Assembly: GCA_964016885.1 (NCBI GenBank)
Contig: OZ024748.1
Span: forward strand, 14,694,001-14,758,000
Direction of reading: 5' to 3'
Length of the DNA stretch: 64,000 bases
DNA from: Eledone cirrhosa
Taxonomy: Eukaryota
Position numbers and translations under genes: made by a program. Within the stretch, counting starts at the first letter, position 1; each line of letters opens with the position of its first letter. Shown here in pieces: positions 41,085 through 55,051 of this stretch. A model generated the notes under the pieces. It saw nothing but the letters and a program-made list of their open reading frames with translations, made no database searches and was not told the DNA's origin.

Positions 41085-41675
41085 TGGTAATAATAATGCT
41101 TTCTTTATTAACCACAAGGATTAACACAAAGTAAGACATTAAGGACAGTACAGGACAATACAGGTTGGTACAAAGGGGCATTTCTGCTTGTAAAAAAAAC
41201 AAAAACAGAGGATGTAACAAAAAGGGAACAATGAAAAATTCCCCAATAGGGGGGAGACTCCGAGGGCCATTGTGGAGAAAGCCTATTAAAAAAAGCCACG
41301 GTGACTCTCAGCACCAGGGCAAGTGCCCTCTCCCAGTTTTCCACCTTCAATTTACAGGCACATACTCAGAGTAGGCCCATTCACTCGGGCCATTGTTGCC
41401 TCTCTCACCCATCTTTCAACAAAATGCTGGCAAGAGAGCACTTCCCTCTCTACCCTGATTTTCCCTTTCAAATGAAATTTGAAAAAGTTAATCAGGGCCT
41501 CACTGAAGAGATAAGTGTTCGTCTTCAGCCCTTTCAGATGCGTCCACCATACTATCTCTTTCGCCATGGCCACCAGACAGATAAAAACTGCCTGCCCTTC
41601 CCGGCTAAAGGAAGAGGGCTAGGCAAGCCTCACAATGGACTCAGCTGATAGCCGGATCCTTTCTACACGCGACAT
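41085..41675 (-). mobile_element. L1/Tx1-like LINE 3' end (ORF2 C-terminus remnant + 3' UTR)
   Basis: Translation ..AVFICLVAMAKEIVWWTHLKGLKTNTYLFSEALINFFKFHLKGKIRVEREVL..ERW resembles the AK..IW..R region at the end of Tx1-type ORF2 (recalled, not searched); one upstream in-frame stop. The element ends CCTTGTGGTTAATAAAGAAAGC-(ATT)n. Two more related 3' ends at ~41690-41770 and ~41810-41910. Confidence 0.65.
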
Positions 41676-41919
41676 TTATAATGTTTATAATGGTTTCTTT
41701 ATTGGCCACAAGGGCTAACAAAGAAAAACATTACAGACGGCATAGAATGGTACAGGACGACAGAACGTGGGTTAATAATAGCATCTTTATTTATGTCATA
41801 ATAATAATAATGATTTCTTTATGAGCCACACAGGGCTCACATTAAGGAGACATAGACTGTGCAGATTGAAACAGTGTGAGGTTTTTATTTTGTAAAATAG
41901 AATTGTGTAAAATAATAAT

Positions 41920-42690
41920 AATTTCTACTTTTAGCACAAGGCCAGCAATTATTCCAGTGCATTACTGGTACTTTATTTTATCGACCCCGTAAGGATGAAA
42001 GACAAAGTTAACCTCGGCGAGATTTGAACTCAAACCATAAAGGGCCGTAACTCTTTGCTGCAAAGCATGGCATCCGACCCTCCAATAATAATTGCTTCTG
42101 ATGTAGGCACAAAACCAACAAATTGGAGGGAGGGGAAAGTCGATAAAATTGACCCCAGTGCATTATTGGTACTTTATTTTATTGACGCTGTAAGAATGAA
42201 ATGCAAAGCTGACCTTGGTGGAATTAGAATGTGGAACGTAAAGGGCCGTAACCCAATGCCATGAAACAGGGTATCCGACGCCCTTCGATACTGCCAATCC
42301 ACTGCCCTTATTATTATTTCTGATTTAGGCAAAATGCCAATGATGTTTAGGGTAAGAGATAGTCGATTAAATCGACCCCAGTGTATTACAGGTACTTTAT
42401 TTTATCAACCCTGCCAGGATGAAAGACAAAGCTAACCTTGGGGAGATTTGCTAAGGTTAGCTTTGCTTTTCATGATAATAATGGTTTCTGATTTAGACAC
42501 AAGGCCAACAATATTTGGAGGAGGAAAAAGTTAATTAAATCAACCCCACTGCATTACTGGTATTTTTTTTTATCAACCCTGTAGGGATGTAAGAATGAAA
42601 GGCAAAGCTAACCTCAGCAAAATTTGATCTCAGAATATAAAGGGACATAACTAAACACCCAAAACATTCTACCAATCCACCACTTTAATT
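41920..42690 (-). mobile_element. Head-to-tail cluster of four family-1 SINEs
   Basis: Copies start at ~41921, 42092, 42316 and 42482, in the same orientation. Confidence 0.8.
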
Positions 42691-42704
42691 ATTATAATGA
42701 TGTT

Positions 42705-42858
42705 GAAATGCCAGTTGAAGGAAGATATTAGAGGAAGACCACGAAAAACACGGGCGGAGGTGGTGAGAGCAGATCAGATCAGATCTCACGGTGGAGATGA
42801 TGAAGGACCCGTCTCACCCTTGCAAGCAGGGAAAAGCGGACGTAAAATGATGATGATG
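42705..42858 (+). mobile_element. Internally deleted RTE LINE 3' fragment
   Basis: RGRPRKTRAEVVRAD followed by CACCCTTGCAAGCAGGGAAAAGCGGACGTAAAATGATG. Confidence 0.8.
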
Positions 42859-43614
42859 TTTATGGTGATAATAATGAAAATAATAATAACGATGATGATA
42901 ATGAAAATGAAAATGAAAATAATAAAAATAACAACAATGATGATGATGATAATGATAATGATAATATAAATGGTGTATTATTATTTTGTAAGACTTTGTA
43001 ACATTAGAACTAAGTAAGAATATTTGATTTCAGACTAGATTGGGGAAATTCTTAGCTTCATTTAAAAGAAAATGTGATTTCTTTTTCATTTTTCTTCTCT
43101 ACCTATTTAATTTTTACTTTTGTTGTTTCTGGTTTTAGATTGTTTCTATTAGAAGCAGGTGTTAATAACGAAAAGAAGCTTTACATGGGAAAATATCTTG
43201 ATTCCAACCAGTTTATCTTTGATTCACACTGTCAGATCTCATTAGAAACAATGAGATTCTTAACAACACCAGCTTTTCTCAAGAAATTGTCTTCCTCCTT
43301 GAAAATACAAGGACAAGATGATATGGATACAATTCCTTTCATTGATCATGTGACTATGAATATTCTGTCCATCATATAAAGTTGTAATGCTGATGCCCTG
43401 ATAAAATATATCCAACACACCCTGTAAAGTAGTAGTAGTTTTGTTGCCATGATAAAATATACCCAACCTGCTCTGTAAAGTTGTAGTGTTGATGTCATGA
43501 TAAAATACTCTCCATGCACTGTCACTTGATAGCACTAGGGACATGACAAAATACAGCCAGCACACCCTGTTGTAGAATTACAGTATTGGTACCATGAAAA
43601 AATTCAACCAGTTA

Positions 43615-44318
43615 AGTGCTGGTGCCACAATAAAACACCCAGTCTAATGTGTAAAGTCGTAGTGCTGGTGCCATAATAAAACACCCAGTCTAATGTGTAA
43701 AGTCGTAGTGCTGGTGTCATGATAAATCACCCAGTCTAATGTGTAAAGTCGTAGTGCTGGTGTCATGATAAATCACCCAGTCTAATATGTAAAGTCGTAG
43801 TGCTGGTGTCATGATAAATCACCCAGTCTAATGTGTAAAGTCGTAGTGCTGGTGTCATGATAAATCACCCAGTCTAATGTGTAAAGTCGTAGTGCTGGTG
43901 TCATGATAAATCACCCAGTCTAATGTGTAAAGTCGTAGTGCTGGTGTCATGATAAATCACCCAGTCTAATGTGTAAAGTCGTAGTGCTGGTGTCATGATA
44001 AATCACCCAGTCTAATGTGTAAAGTCGTAGTGCTGGTGTCATGATAAATCACCCAGTCTAATGTGTAAAGTCGTAGTGCTGGTGTCATGATAAATCACCC
44101 AGTCTAATGTGTAAAGTCGTAGTGCTGGTGTCATGATAAATCACCCAGTCTAATGTGTAAAGTCGTAGTGCTGGTGTCATGATAAATCACCCAGTCTAAT
44201 GTGTAAAGTCGTAGTGCTGGTGTCATGATAAATCACCCAGTCTAATGTGTAAAGTCGTAGTGCTGGTGTCATGATAAATCACCCAGTCTAATGTGTAAAG
44301 TCGTAGTGCTGGTGTCAT
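43615..44318 (+). repeat. 46-bp minisatellite, ~15 copies, almost homogeneous
   Basis: Unit AGTGCTGGTGTCATGATAAATCACCCAGTCTAATGTGTAAAGTCGT (starts at 43891 and 43937); diverged units extend left to ~43378. Confidence 0.95.
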
Positions 44319-44834
44319 AATAGAATACAACTGGTATAGCAAAATTTCTTATTATTAAGCTGTTTTTTGGACATAAAGGTTCTTACATAAAATTTCGATA
44401 GCGTGCCTATCGATGAAGACAATGCTAGTCATACATATTATAAAATCTCTCTAAATTCTTTACTGTTTTCAAAATAATTTGATAAGGTCAGGCAGTGTCT
44501 TTCATCAGAACTACTGTAATGAAAGGGTTAAACTATTTGAAACCACAACCAATAACAGCAGTGACAGTTATGGAATAGAAGTTCATTTTTTACTGCTTAA
44601 TTCTAAAGCAAAAGTCAAGAATGTCAAGATAAATAAGAATAAAATCACAAACGAAAAACAAAACAACCATTAGCAGTACAGTTTCAGCAATGATGTTTTG
44701 TTAATTATAATGATATAATTGATGGTAGCAATGGTTTGTTTTAATTAGGTATAAAGCTGTATGTTAAGAGATGTATGCTTACTATTAGGAACTTAAATAA
44801 CAATGTGAATATGATATTAAATACAAAGCAATAA

Positions 44835-47230
44835 TAATTGTTTCTACTTTTGGCACAAGGCCAGCAATTTGAAGAGAAGGGGAAAGTTGATTAAATCAAC
44901 CCCAGTGCATTACTGGTACTTTATTTTATCGACCCCACAAGGATGAAAGGCAAAGTTAATAATTATAATAATTGTTTCTACTTTTGGTACAACACTAGCA
45001 ATCACCCCAGTGCATTACTGGTGCTTTATTTTATCAACCCCGTAAGGATGAAAGGAAAAGCTAACCTAGGTGGGATTTGAACTCAGAACATAAAAGGCCA
45101 TAACTCTATGCTGCAAAGCATAGTGTCTGACGCTTTATGGATACTGCTAATTCATATGATTATTATTTTCTTTTTCTTTTTGCAAATCATCACCGCATTA
45201 CCGAGCACAGCTCTGTGTGTCTTGGATATGTGCAGGGTTGTTTTGCATGGCGTTGTTTCTTATGTATTGAGAGTAGTCTTTGTAATATGTTTACTGTGAT
45301 TAGTATTGCTATTTTTTGTATGCTATATATATTTGTAAGTCCTGGAGTTTAGATCATGTATTTGTCTTTCTGTTTTATTATTATTTTGGCAGTATCATTA
45401 GAGTGTTGGACATGATGCTTTGCAGCATAAAGTTATGGCTCTTTACATTCTGAGTTCAAATCCTGCCGAGGTTAGCTTTGCCTTTCATCCTTACATAGTT
45501 GATAAAATAAAGTACCGGTCACACACTGGGGTCGATTTAATCAACTTTCCCCTCCCCAAAAATGTTCTGGCCTTGTGCCTAATGTAGAAAAATTATTATT
45601 GGAATACTAGGTATGATAAAAGCTATGCATAAAAACATAGAAATCATACCAGAGCTCACAACACAAAATACTGTCCAAAAAGCAACTCTGCTAATGTACA
45701 AGACATTATTGATTCAATAACACTGCTCAAATAGAAGAATTTTTAAACACCACACACTCCCTATTCTATAAGCACCTAATAAAATAAAATAATGCAACTC
45801 ACACAAAATATAATTTACAAGATTAATAACCAATAAAATAACACGATTCATATTACACATATTTTACACAATAGAAGAAACGTAAAACAAAACTGATACA
45901 GTGTACTCCAATCCTATAAAAATATAAACACACAATGCTGCACAGAACGCAAGAATATGGTAAAAACTTCCATAAAACTTATGAGGAAAAAAAATTTATA
46001 AATATAATAATTGTTTCTACTTTTGGCACAAGGCCAGCAATTATCTCAGTGTATTACAGGTATTTTATTTTATTGACCCCGTAAGGATAAAAGGCAAAGT
46101 TAACCATGGCAGGATTTGAAAGCAGACTGTAAAGGGCTGTAACTCTATACTGCAAAGCATAGCGTCCAACCCTCTATCGATACTGCCAATCCACCACCCT
46201 ATATTATTTATAATTGTTTCTACGTTAGGCACAAGGCCAGCAATTAGCCAGTGTATTACTGGTACTTTATTTTATCAACCCCGTAAGGATGAAAGGCAAA
46301 GTTAACCTCGGCAGGATTTGAACTCAGAATGGCAAGGGCCGTAACTCTATGCGCCAAAGCATGGCATCCGACACTCTACCAATACTGCCAATCCACCGCC
46401 TATATTATTTATAATACTAATTGTTTCTAATTTTGGTAAAAGGCCAGCCATTACCCCAGTGCATTACTGGTGCTTTATTTTATCGATCCCATAAGGATGA
46501 AAGGCAAAGTTAACCTCGGCAGGATTTGAACTCAGATCATAAAGGGTCATAACTCTATGCTGCAAAGCATTGCGTCTGACCCTCTACTGATACTGCCAAT
46601 CCACTGCCCATAAATAATGTTTCTACTTTAGGCACAAAGCCACCAATTACCCAGTGCATTACTGGTATTTATTTTATCAACTCCATAGTGATGAATGGCA
46701 AAGTTAACCTGGCGGGATTTGAACTCAGAACATAAAGGGCCATAACTCCTATGTTGACATTCTACCGATACTGCCAAACCACCGCCCTCAGGCACAAGGC
46801 CTGCAATTTAAGAGGAGAGTGAAGTTGATAATATCAATCCAGTGCTTTACACGTACTTTATTTTATTGACCCTATAAAGATGAAAGACAAAGTTAATTTC
46901 AGTGGGATTTGATCTCAGAACATAAAGGGCCATAACTCTATGCCGCAAAGCATGTTGTCCGACACTCTACTGATAATTCAAATACACAAACACCTATAAT
47001 AATAATACACAAATATTTATAATGATAATAACAAATGTTTTTAATTTAGGCACAAGGCCTGCAATTTTAGAGGAGAGTGAAGTTGATAATATTAACCCAG
47101 TATCTTTTTACTGTTACTTTATTTTAGTGATCCCGGAAATATGAAATGTGAAGCTGACCTTGGTGGGATTTGAACTCAGTACACAAGTACTATCATAAAG
47201 CATTTTGTTCAATGCTCTAATGTTTCTGTT
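44835..47230 (-). mobile_element. Dense family-1 SINE cluster (about eight minus-strand copies, one plus-strand copy at ~45385-45600)
   Basis: Copies start at ~44836, 44970, 46010, 46213, 46420, 46617, 46790 and 47036, most preceded by ATAAT. Confidence 0.82.
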
Positions 47231-47726
47231 AATTCTGATGATGATAAAACATGTAAATTATTACATAGTTGTTTCCATAACGAGCCAACCATAAAGTTAG
47301 GGGGACATTGATTTAGAAGAAGCTGACATTTCCAGGGTATTGTGTATGACCTTTCTTGAAATCATTTCTTTATTCTGTCTATCTTGCTACACTTTATTTT
47401 CTAGCCATTCTACATTTCTATACTTCTTATGCCATCTATCTCTCCTGCTGATCTTCTCTTTGGAGCAAAATAAAGTGTTTCAGGCCATGTTTAAATGGAT
47501 TAAAAGTGACAAGTATTTTAACAGTTTCTTACAAAAGTAAATGTCTTTTGTTTATTGAGAAAACTGAGAGAAGAAAAGTTTATTCTTAACTCACAGTTTG
47601 ACCAATTGTGCAATTACTATCACCATTATTATTATTATCATCATCATCATCATCACTTCTATTTACTCAGCATTTCTTTGTTCTATTAGCATTTAGATTG
47701 TTAGATATTATTACTACTACTACAAC

Positions 47727-47757
<31 letters not shown>

Positions 47758-48443
47758 GCCATTAGCTTTCTTAGTTGGTTTTATTTTATTTTATTTTTTT
47801 TTTTTTAAACTTATTTCTTTTTTAATTCATTCGTAAATTACTTGGGAAGTTCTCTGTTCTGAATAGGAAGACAAAAGACAAATGAGCCAACTTGATGCAA
47901 ATTGTTAAATAACCTGGTTTTTATTGGTGCTGTAAATAGCTAGCACTTTGCCGTGAGGTATCGCAACTCGGAAACTAGTCAGTAAATGTATGTTTCTTTA
48001 CTTAGACTAAAATGTATATTTCTCTTTCATCTCATTCTTGGTCGTCTTTTTCATCTTTTTCTCTGCCTCTCTCATTTCTATTTCGCATCTCTCATCTATT
48101 TATTCTCTCTCTCTCCCTCTCTATCTCTCTTGCTTTGCCTCAATCTTATATCTATGGTCTCTCTCTATCTCTCACATATCTATATATCTCATCTTCTTTC
48201 TCCCTCTCTCAATCTCTCCCCCTCTTTCTCCCGCTATCAATCTCTCCCTCTCTTTCTCCCGCTATCAATCTCTCCCTCTCTTTATTATCTCAATCTATCC
48301 CCTCTTTCTTTCTTTCTCTCCTGTTTTCTCTTTATCTATTTTTTTCTCTACTTCTTTTGTCTTTAGTCTCTCAGTTTTCTCAGAATCAATGAGACGAGGG
48401 TTTCATTTGATCTAGCAACTAATGAAGTCTAATGAATAGAAAT

Positions 48444-48868
48444 ATGGTGGTGGTGGTTGTAGAGGTGGTGGTGGTGGTTGTAGAGGTGGTGGTGGTGGTT
48501 GTAGAGGTGGTGGTGGTGGTTCTAGAGGTGGTGGTGGTGGTTGTGGTGGTGGTGGTTGTAGAGGTGATGGTGGTGGTGGTTGTAGAGGTGATGGTGGTGG
48601 TTGTAGAGGTGGTGATGGTGGTGGTGCTTGTAGAGGTGGTGATGGTGGTGGTGCTTGTAGTGGTGGTGGTGGTGGTTGTAGAGGTGGTGGTGGTGGTAGT
48701 AGAATTGTCTTTTTTTTATAGTGGTGAGCGTTATTTACTACTGGCAGCAATAATTACAACAAAAGTAGTAGTAGTGGTAAGTAATACCAGAGGTAGTGGT
48801 TGAATTAGTAGTAGCAGTAGTAGTAGCAAGAGCAGCATTAGTAGCAGTAGTAGTAGTAGCAGCAGCAG
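48444..48868. repeat. (GGT)n / TGTAGA compound repeat and (AGT/AGC)n
   Basis: Direct reading. Confidence 0.9.
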
Positions 48869-48869
48869 T

Positions 48870-49295
48870 AAAATGTAAAGGTGCCACAATAGACTGTGAA
48901 ATGTGAAGGTTCCACCATAGAGTGTGAAGTGTGAAATGTGAAGGTGCCGCTATAGGCTGTGAAATGTGAAGGTGTCACTATAGACTGTGAAACGTGAAGA
49001 TGCCATTATAGACTGTGAAACGTGAAGATGCCATTATAGACTGTGAAATGTGAAGGTGCCACTGTGGACTGTGAAACGTGAAGGTGCCACTATGGTCTGT
49101 GAAATGTGAAAGTGCCACTCTAGACTGTGAAATATGAAGGTGCCACTATGTCTGTGAATTGTGAAGGTGCCTCTATAGACAGTGAAATGTGAAGGTGCCA
49201 CTATAGAGTGTAAAATGTGGAGGTGCCACTATAGACAGAAATGTTAAGGTGTCACTATAGACTGTGAAATGTGAAGGTGCCGCTATAGAAGGTGA
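48870..49295 (+). repeat. 28-bp minisatellite, ~15 diverged copies
   Basis: Unit approximately AAGGTGCCACTATAGACTGTGAAATGTG. Confidence 0.92.
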
Positions 49296-49514
49296 ACATC
49301 ACAATTTGGCATGATTAATGGATGTTCTTGTATCTCTATGGGTCCCACTCTCTCTCTCCACCCCCCTCTATCTCTCTCCACCCCTCTCTCTCTCTCTCCC
49401 CAACGTGTCATACCTAATTACACATGATACAGTAACAGACACCTATATTACATTTCAAATAGTAAACAGCAGGATTTCTGAATAAGAAAAAATACAACAT
49501 TTTTTTACAGAAAT

Positions 49515-50306
49515 CCATTCATCATCCACATCATTATCATCATCATCACCATTATCATCATTATCATCATTATCATCATTATCACCATCATCCACATCAC
49601 CATCACCACCATCACCATTATCACCATCACCACCATTACCACCAACATCCACATCATTATCATCATCATCACCATTATCCTCATTATCATCATTATCATC
49701 ATTATCACCATCATCCACATCACCATCACCACCATCACCATTATCACCATTACCACCAACATCCACATCATTATCATCATCATCACCATTATCATCATTA
49801 TCATCATTATCATCATTATCACCATCATCCACATCACCATCACCACCATCACCATTATCACCATCACCACCATTACCACCAACATCCACATCATTATCAT
49901 CATCCTCACCATTATCATCATTATCACCATCATCCACATTACCATCACCACCATCACCATTATCACCATCACCACCATCACCACCATCACCCACATCATT
50001 ATCATCATCACTATCATCGTCATCAACATCATCCTCACTACCACCCAACGCCTCTCTCATTACCATCATCAGCACAACAATCAATACAAATATCTCCAAT
50101 ACAACAACCACCACCAACAACAACACCAACAAAAACAACACCACAAACATCACAACCACCACCACCAAGATCATCAACTCTCCTACCACCACCACCACTG
50201 CTACCGATACCATAACCACCACCACCAACTCTGATACCAACACCCTTATTACCATCATCACCACCACAACCACCACCAACAACAACTGCACTACCAACAC
50301 CATCAC

Positions 50307-50347
<41 letters not shown>

Positions 50348-50360
50348 ACAACACAAACAT
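49515..50360. repeat. (CAT/CAC/TAT)n array with ~110-120-bp higher-order duplication
   Basis: CCACCAACATCCACATCATTATCATCATC blocks repeat three times. Confidence 0.9.
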
Positions 50361-50439
50361 CACTAATATACAACTTCCCCTCTCTTTCTTCCATGATATC
50401 TACACAGCTTTCTTTACAAGCTGAGTCCTAGTTGTTCAG

Positions 50440-51420
50440 TCAATCATTACATGTACACATGTATCCTACATGTTGAGTAGTCTTGTCAGTCTCATTATAT
50501 ATTATAACATGTAGCACAACTGACATGAATTATGATGTAGATATAGATACCTACATGCTAATTGCTTACAATGCTAGTCTCATTACATATTGTAACATGT
50601 AGCACAACTGATACATGAATGCTGTGGTAGATATAAATACTTACATGATTGATTAGTATATGCTAGTCTCCTTGCATGTTACATGTAACAGAGCAGACAC
50701 ATGAATAGAAATGTGCAGGTACATGCTACATGTAGCACATCTGACACATGAATGATGTTGTACATGCAGATATCTATATATTGTTTAATAACCCAGTCTC
50801 TTTATAAGAAACATGGAGCACAACCAGCTCTTCAATAGAGTTGTACATGTAGGTCCAGATATCTTCCTTAGCTTTCCCAGTCTCTTTATATGTAACATGT
50901 AGCACAGCTGGCTCTTCAGTGGAGTTGTACATGTATGTTACATGTATGAATATAGATGTTTAGTATGTTACATGCAGCACATTAGTAGATACATGTTACA
51001 TGTAGCCCAAATGACTTTTGAATAGAGCTGTACATGTAGATACCTATATGTTGTTCAGGGCTCCAGTTTAATTACATGCCAACATGTAGCATGACAGACA
51101 CCTAAATGGAGTTACATGTATGTACATAGATGTTTAGAATGCTAGTCTTGTTACATGTTACATGTGGCATAACTGACCTTTGAACAAATGTCAACACTTA
51201 CATGTTGCTTAGTCATATAGTTTTATTACAAGCTCCATGTAGGACCACATACATCTAAGTGTAGTTATATATGTACGTACATAGATGTTGTTTAAACTGT
51301 CAGTCTTATTACATGTTACACCACTGACACCTACATGTAGTTATACATGTATGTATATAGATGTTTAGTATGTCAGTTTAATTACATGCTACATGTAGCA
51401 CCACAAACTTGAATGGAGGC
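50440..51420 (+). repeat. Old diverged ~75-85-bp tandem repeat rich in TACATGTA palindromes
   Basis: Recurring AGTCT..TTACAT.T.ACATGTAGCACAACTGAC..TGAAT..AG.TGTACATGTAGATA. Confidence 0.75.
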
Positions 51421-51654
51421 AGGCTTCTATACAATGTACTACATACATAGTGTTAGAGGAATAACAGCTTTTTCTCATCATATGTACGAACATGTTAGAT
51501 ATATACAAACACACATATACATACACAGCAGTCTAACCCATGGAAAAATGGATGTTAAGCGATGATGATGATGATATATACACATATACATACACAGATA
51601 ATTATGTGTGTGTGTATATATATATATATATACACAGATACATATGTTTGTGTT

Positions 51655-51705
<51 letters not shown>

Positions 51706-51744
51706 GTGTGTGTATATCTATATATATATATATATATATACACA

Positions 51745-51776
<32 letters not shown>

Positions 51777-51865
51777 CACATACACATACACAGATACATA
51801 TGTTTGTGTGTATATATATATATATATATATACATATACACATGCATTTACACACAAACACACAC

Positions 51866-51907
<42 letters not shown>

Positions 51908-54102
51908 GCACACATACACATACAAACATGCATGCACACACACACACATATGCACACATACATATATTCATATATACATAGACATTCATACAAGTATACA
52001 TAGACATTCACACAAGTATACATACATACACAAACCCATCCACACACTAAAAGCCAACATGAATTTTCGATAATCTATATAAGCAAAAGTTTAATTATTT
52101 GTCTAGAGTTCGTAAATATCGTTTTTATATGTTTGTGTGTGTATATATAGATATATGTGTGTGTGTATGGGCGTGTGTGTGTGCGTGCGTATACAAACAC
52201 ATATTATGGAATTGAAATTCAATAAATTAATAGTAGCCACGTTTCTCTATTTTCAAATGATTTCAATACCCATGAAATTTTCCATTAACCTTCTACTGGG
52301 GGGTTTAGAACATAGGAGAGAAGCTTGTTATAATATTTAAATATTCTACTAGTTTCAGTCATTAGATTGTAGTCATGCTGGGGCATTCCCTCAAAGAGAT
52401 TTATGCTGCTTCCTCTTTGCACCAGTCACCATAAAGACCTCACATATACCCTCAGACCCCATACCACCGAGCTCCGCTGTAAAATCAGAATATCAGCAGC
52501 CCATCTGAGGAAGGACCCCTATGGGTGTCACTGGCAATTACACATGGAAATGAACAATTCACAGTTTTGATTGTGTTGCTCAGCTGAAACACCTCCCTCA
52601 ACCAAGGTGTAGAGTCTGTCACCCTCTCCCCCTCTTTTCCTCCGTTGCCTAATAGTCCTTGCTTTTTTCCTCCTTTTCTTTTCATTTATGGCATTGATAG
52701 TCCTTTTCTTTACTTTCCTATGCAGCCAGATCTTCCCATCTTTACCCTTCCCCTATTTTTTCATTACTTAATTTTGTTGTTGATTATATTGAGCCCAGTA
52801 TTATTTCCATGGAATATATTGAAAAATAAACCTCATTTGGTCATTCCATGAGAGTATCTTGGTCAGCATATGAACTTTTCAGTTGACCTTTGTACTACAG
52901 CCATGAGTTGATCAATAACTTGTGAATGGAATATGGTGGTCAGAAACTGCAGAAGCCTATCATGTGTATCATCATCACCATTGCTGTTTAACATATATTT
53001 TTCCATGCTAGCATGGGTTAGACACATCTTCCAGTTGTGAGACAAGTCAGATCAGATGATCATGTCTTGCTCATACAGAACTCTTTCTGGCTTCGTTTCT
53101 ATAGCTAGATACCCTTCCTAATGCCACAACATTTACTGCGGGCACTTGGTGCATTTTATCATTGCACCAAAATTACCACTTTACATGGTGGACTGGGTGC
53201 TTTTTGCATGTGTATATAAATGTGTGACCCCATGTCTATGTTTACATTTGTGCCTGTGATCCCCTACCTTAACCATTCAACAATACAGAGGTTGATAAAA
53301 CAAATATCAAATAAAATAAATACATATTGGCTGGTTTCTATGAGGGACACTGCCTAATATCAATTAATCAACAATTGGAAGGATTTAATAATGTAACTAA
53401 CTTTATGATTATTAAGCTCGTGTTTGGAAAATGTGATAATAAAATAAGTAACCCATTTGAAAAAAGAAAAGTACTTGGGTTGATCTAAGTCTAAAGTTGG
53501 TCTCAAGCCTAGAGGCTTCTCAGGCCAGTACTTATCCCGGTTTCCATGTCGTAAAGCAATTGATAGTACATGACTCACCCCAGGACAGGATGTCAGTCCA
53601 ATGCTGGGTTAAATCCCTAGCTATTGCTGGCTCTCATTTTCAGCTGAGTATACTGGAACAATGTGAAATGAAGTATTTTGCTCAAGAACGCAACACACAA
53701 CCCAGTCAAGTAATCAAACCCATGGCATTATGGTCATAAATCCAACACCCTTAACACTAGGCCATGCAGCTGGGGTTGATATGATTGACTAAATCCCTTT
53801 TAATGTAATGCTCCAGTATGGCCACAGTATAATGACTGAAAACAGTACATAAATAAAAGAATATAATATGACATATACAGTTTTGTGGAGAGGCAGCAGG
53901 AACGATTGAAAGAATACACAGGAGAAAGGTTTGAAACTAAATTTAATATGAAAAAAATCGAGAAAGTTACTTGAAATATTCTAATGGTAAACAATAGTAG
54001 CAGGTTTGTCAATAGCAGATACTGACTAAAGTTTGAACTCTACAGCTCATAGAGTAGTAATGTTGCTGTGCACACTTAATCACAAAGGAATATTATATAT
54101 TT

Positions 54103-54152
<50 letters not shown>

Positions 54153-54346
54153 TTACATGCCATATAATTATATTTATATATATATATACACAAGCATACA
54201 CACAATAATAGCATCATTCTTCAATACCATTTGTTTTCAAAACTGATATTGTCTTAACTTATACATTATGCACACACTTCATAATATACACAATATTCCC
54301 ACGTTAGTTTAGGTTACCAAATGTCATTCTCTCTCCCTCCCTCCCC

Positions 54347-54397
<51 letters not shown>

Positions 54398-54998
54398 CCT
54401 TATTTGTGTAGGGGAGGAGTGTATAGATAAATATGTGGAAGTGTCTATTATTTTTGTTTTTCTACCTTTTGAATTTACTCTACTCTTACCTTCATCTAGA
54501 AATTGGAACACTATTTTGTATATTATTTCCATGATTGTTTGTTTTATTATTATTATTATTGTGATTGTTATTGTTGGTGGTGGTGGTTTTGTTTTCATTT
54601 ATCTATGCAATTTGCATCTTTTTTTGTGGTGGTGAAGTGAGGTGTGGTGTAAAATTGTATTTAGTCACAATATTTCAACTAAATATACTGCAGAGCTAAT
54701 TTTCAATTTTCAGGGTAAATTTATTTCATTTTCGTCTATTTCAATTATTTTACTTTATTTATATTATATTATTATAACATATAACAACAGCAGTAGCAGG
54801 AGCTTTATTTCACACATTCTACCATTGTCTTTCTCACATGCAATTGCTATTTGTAACAAACAATAAGAACATCAACACCATCATCCATAACCATTGTTTA
54901 ACATTCGTAAAATACACACACACACAGACATATATATAAACACACACACACATATGTAAACACACCAACACACACATAAATACACCCACACACACACG

Positions 54999-55051
<53 letters not shown>

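Noticed and set aside
43615-44318. CRISPR-like regular array
   Set aside because: Units are contiguous and identical with no unique spacers; no cas genes; eukaryotic context.
47912-47960. miR-29-like sequence (minus strand CAGCACCAATAAAAACCAGGTTA)
   Set aside because: Only seed-level resemblance, and I could not build a proper precursor hairpin.
52503-52550. Hammerhead at CTGAGGA-AGGACCCCTATGGGTGTC
   Set aside because: No GAAA at the base of the stem and no matching stem I; at best a decayed remnant.
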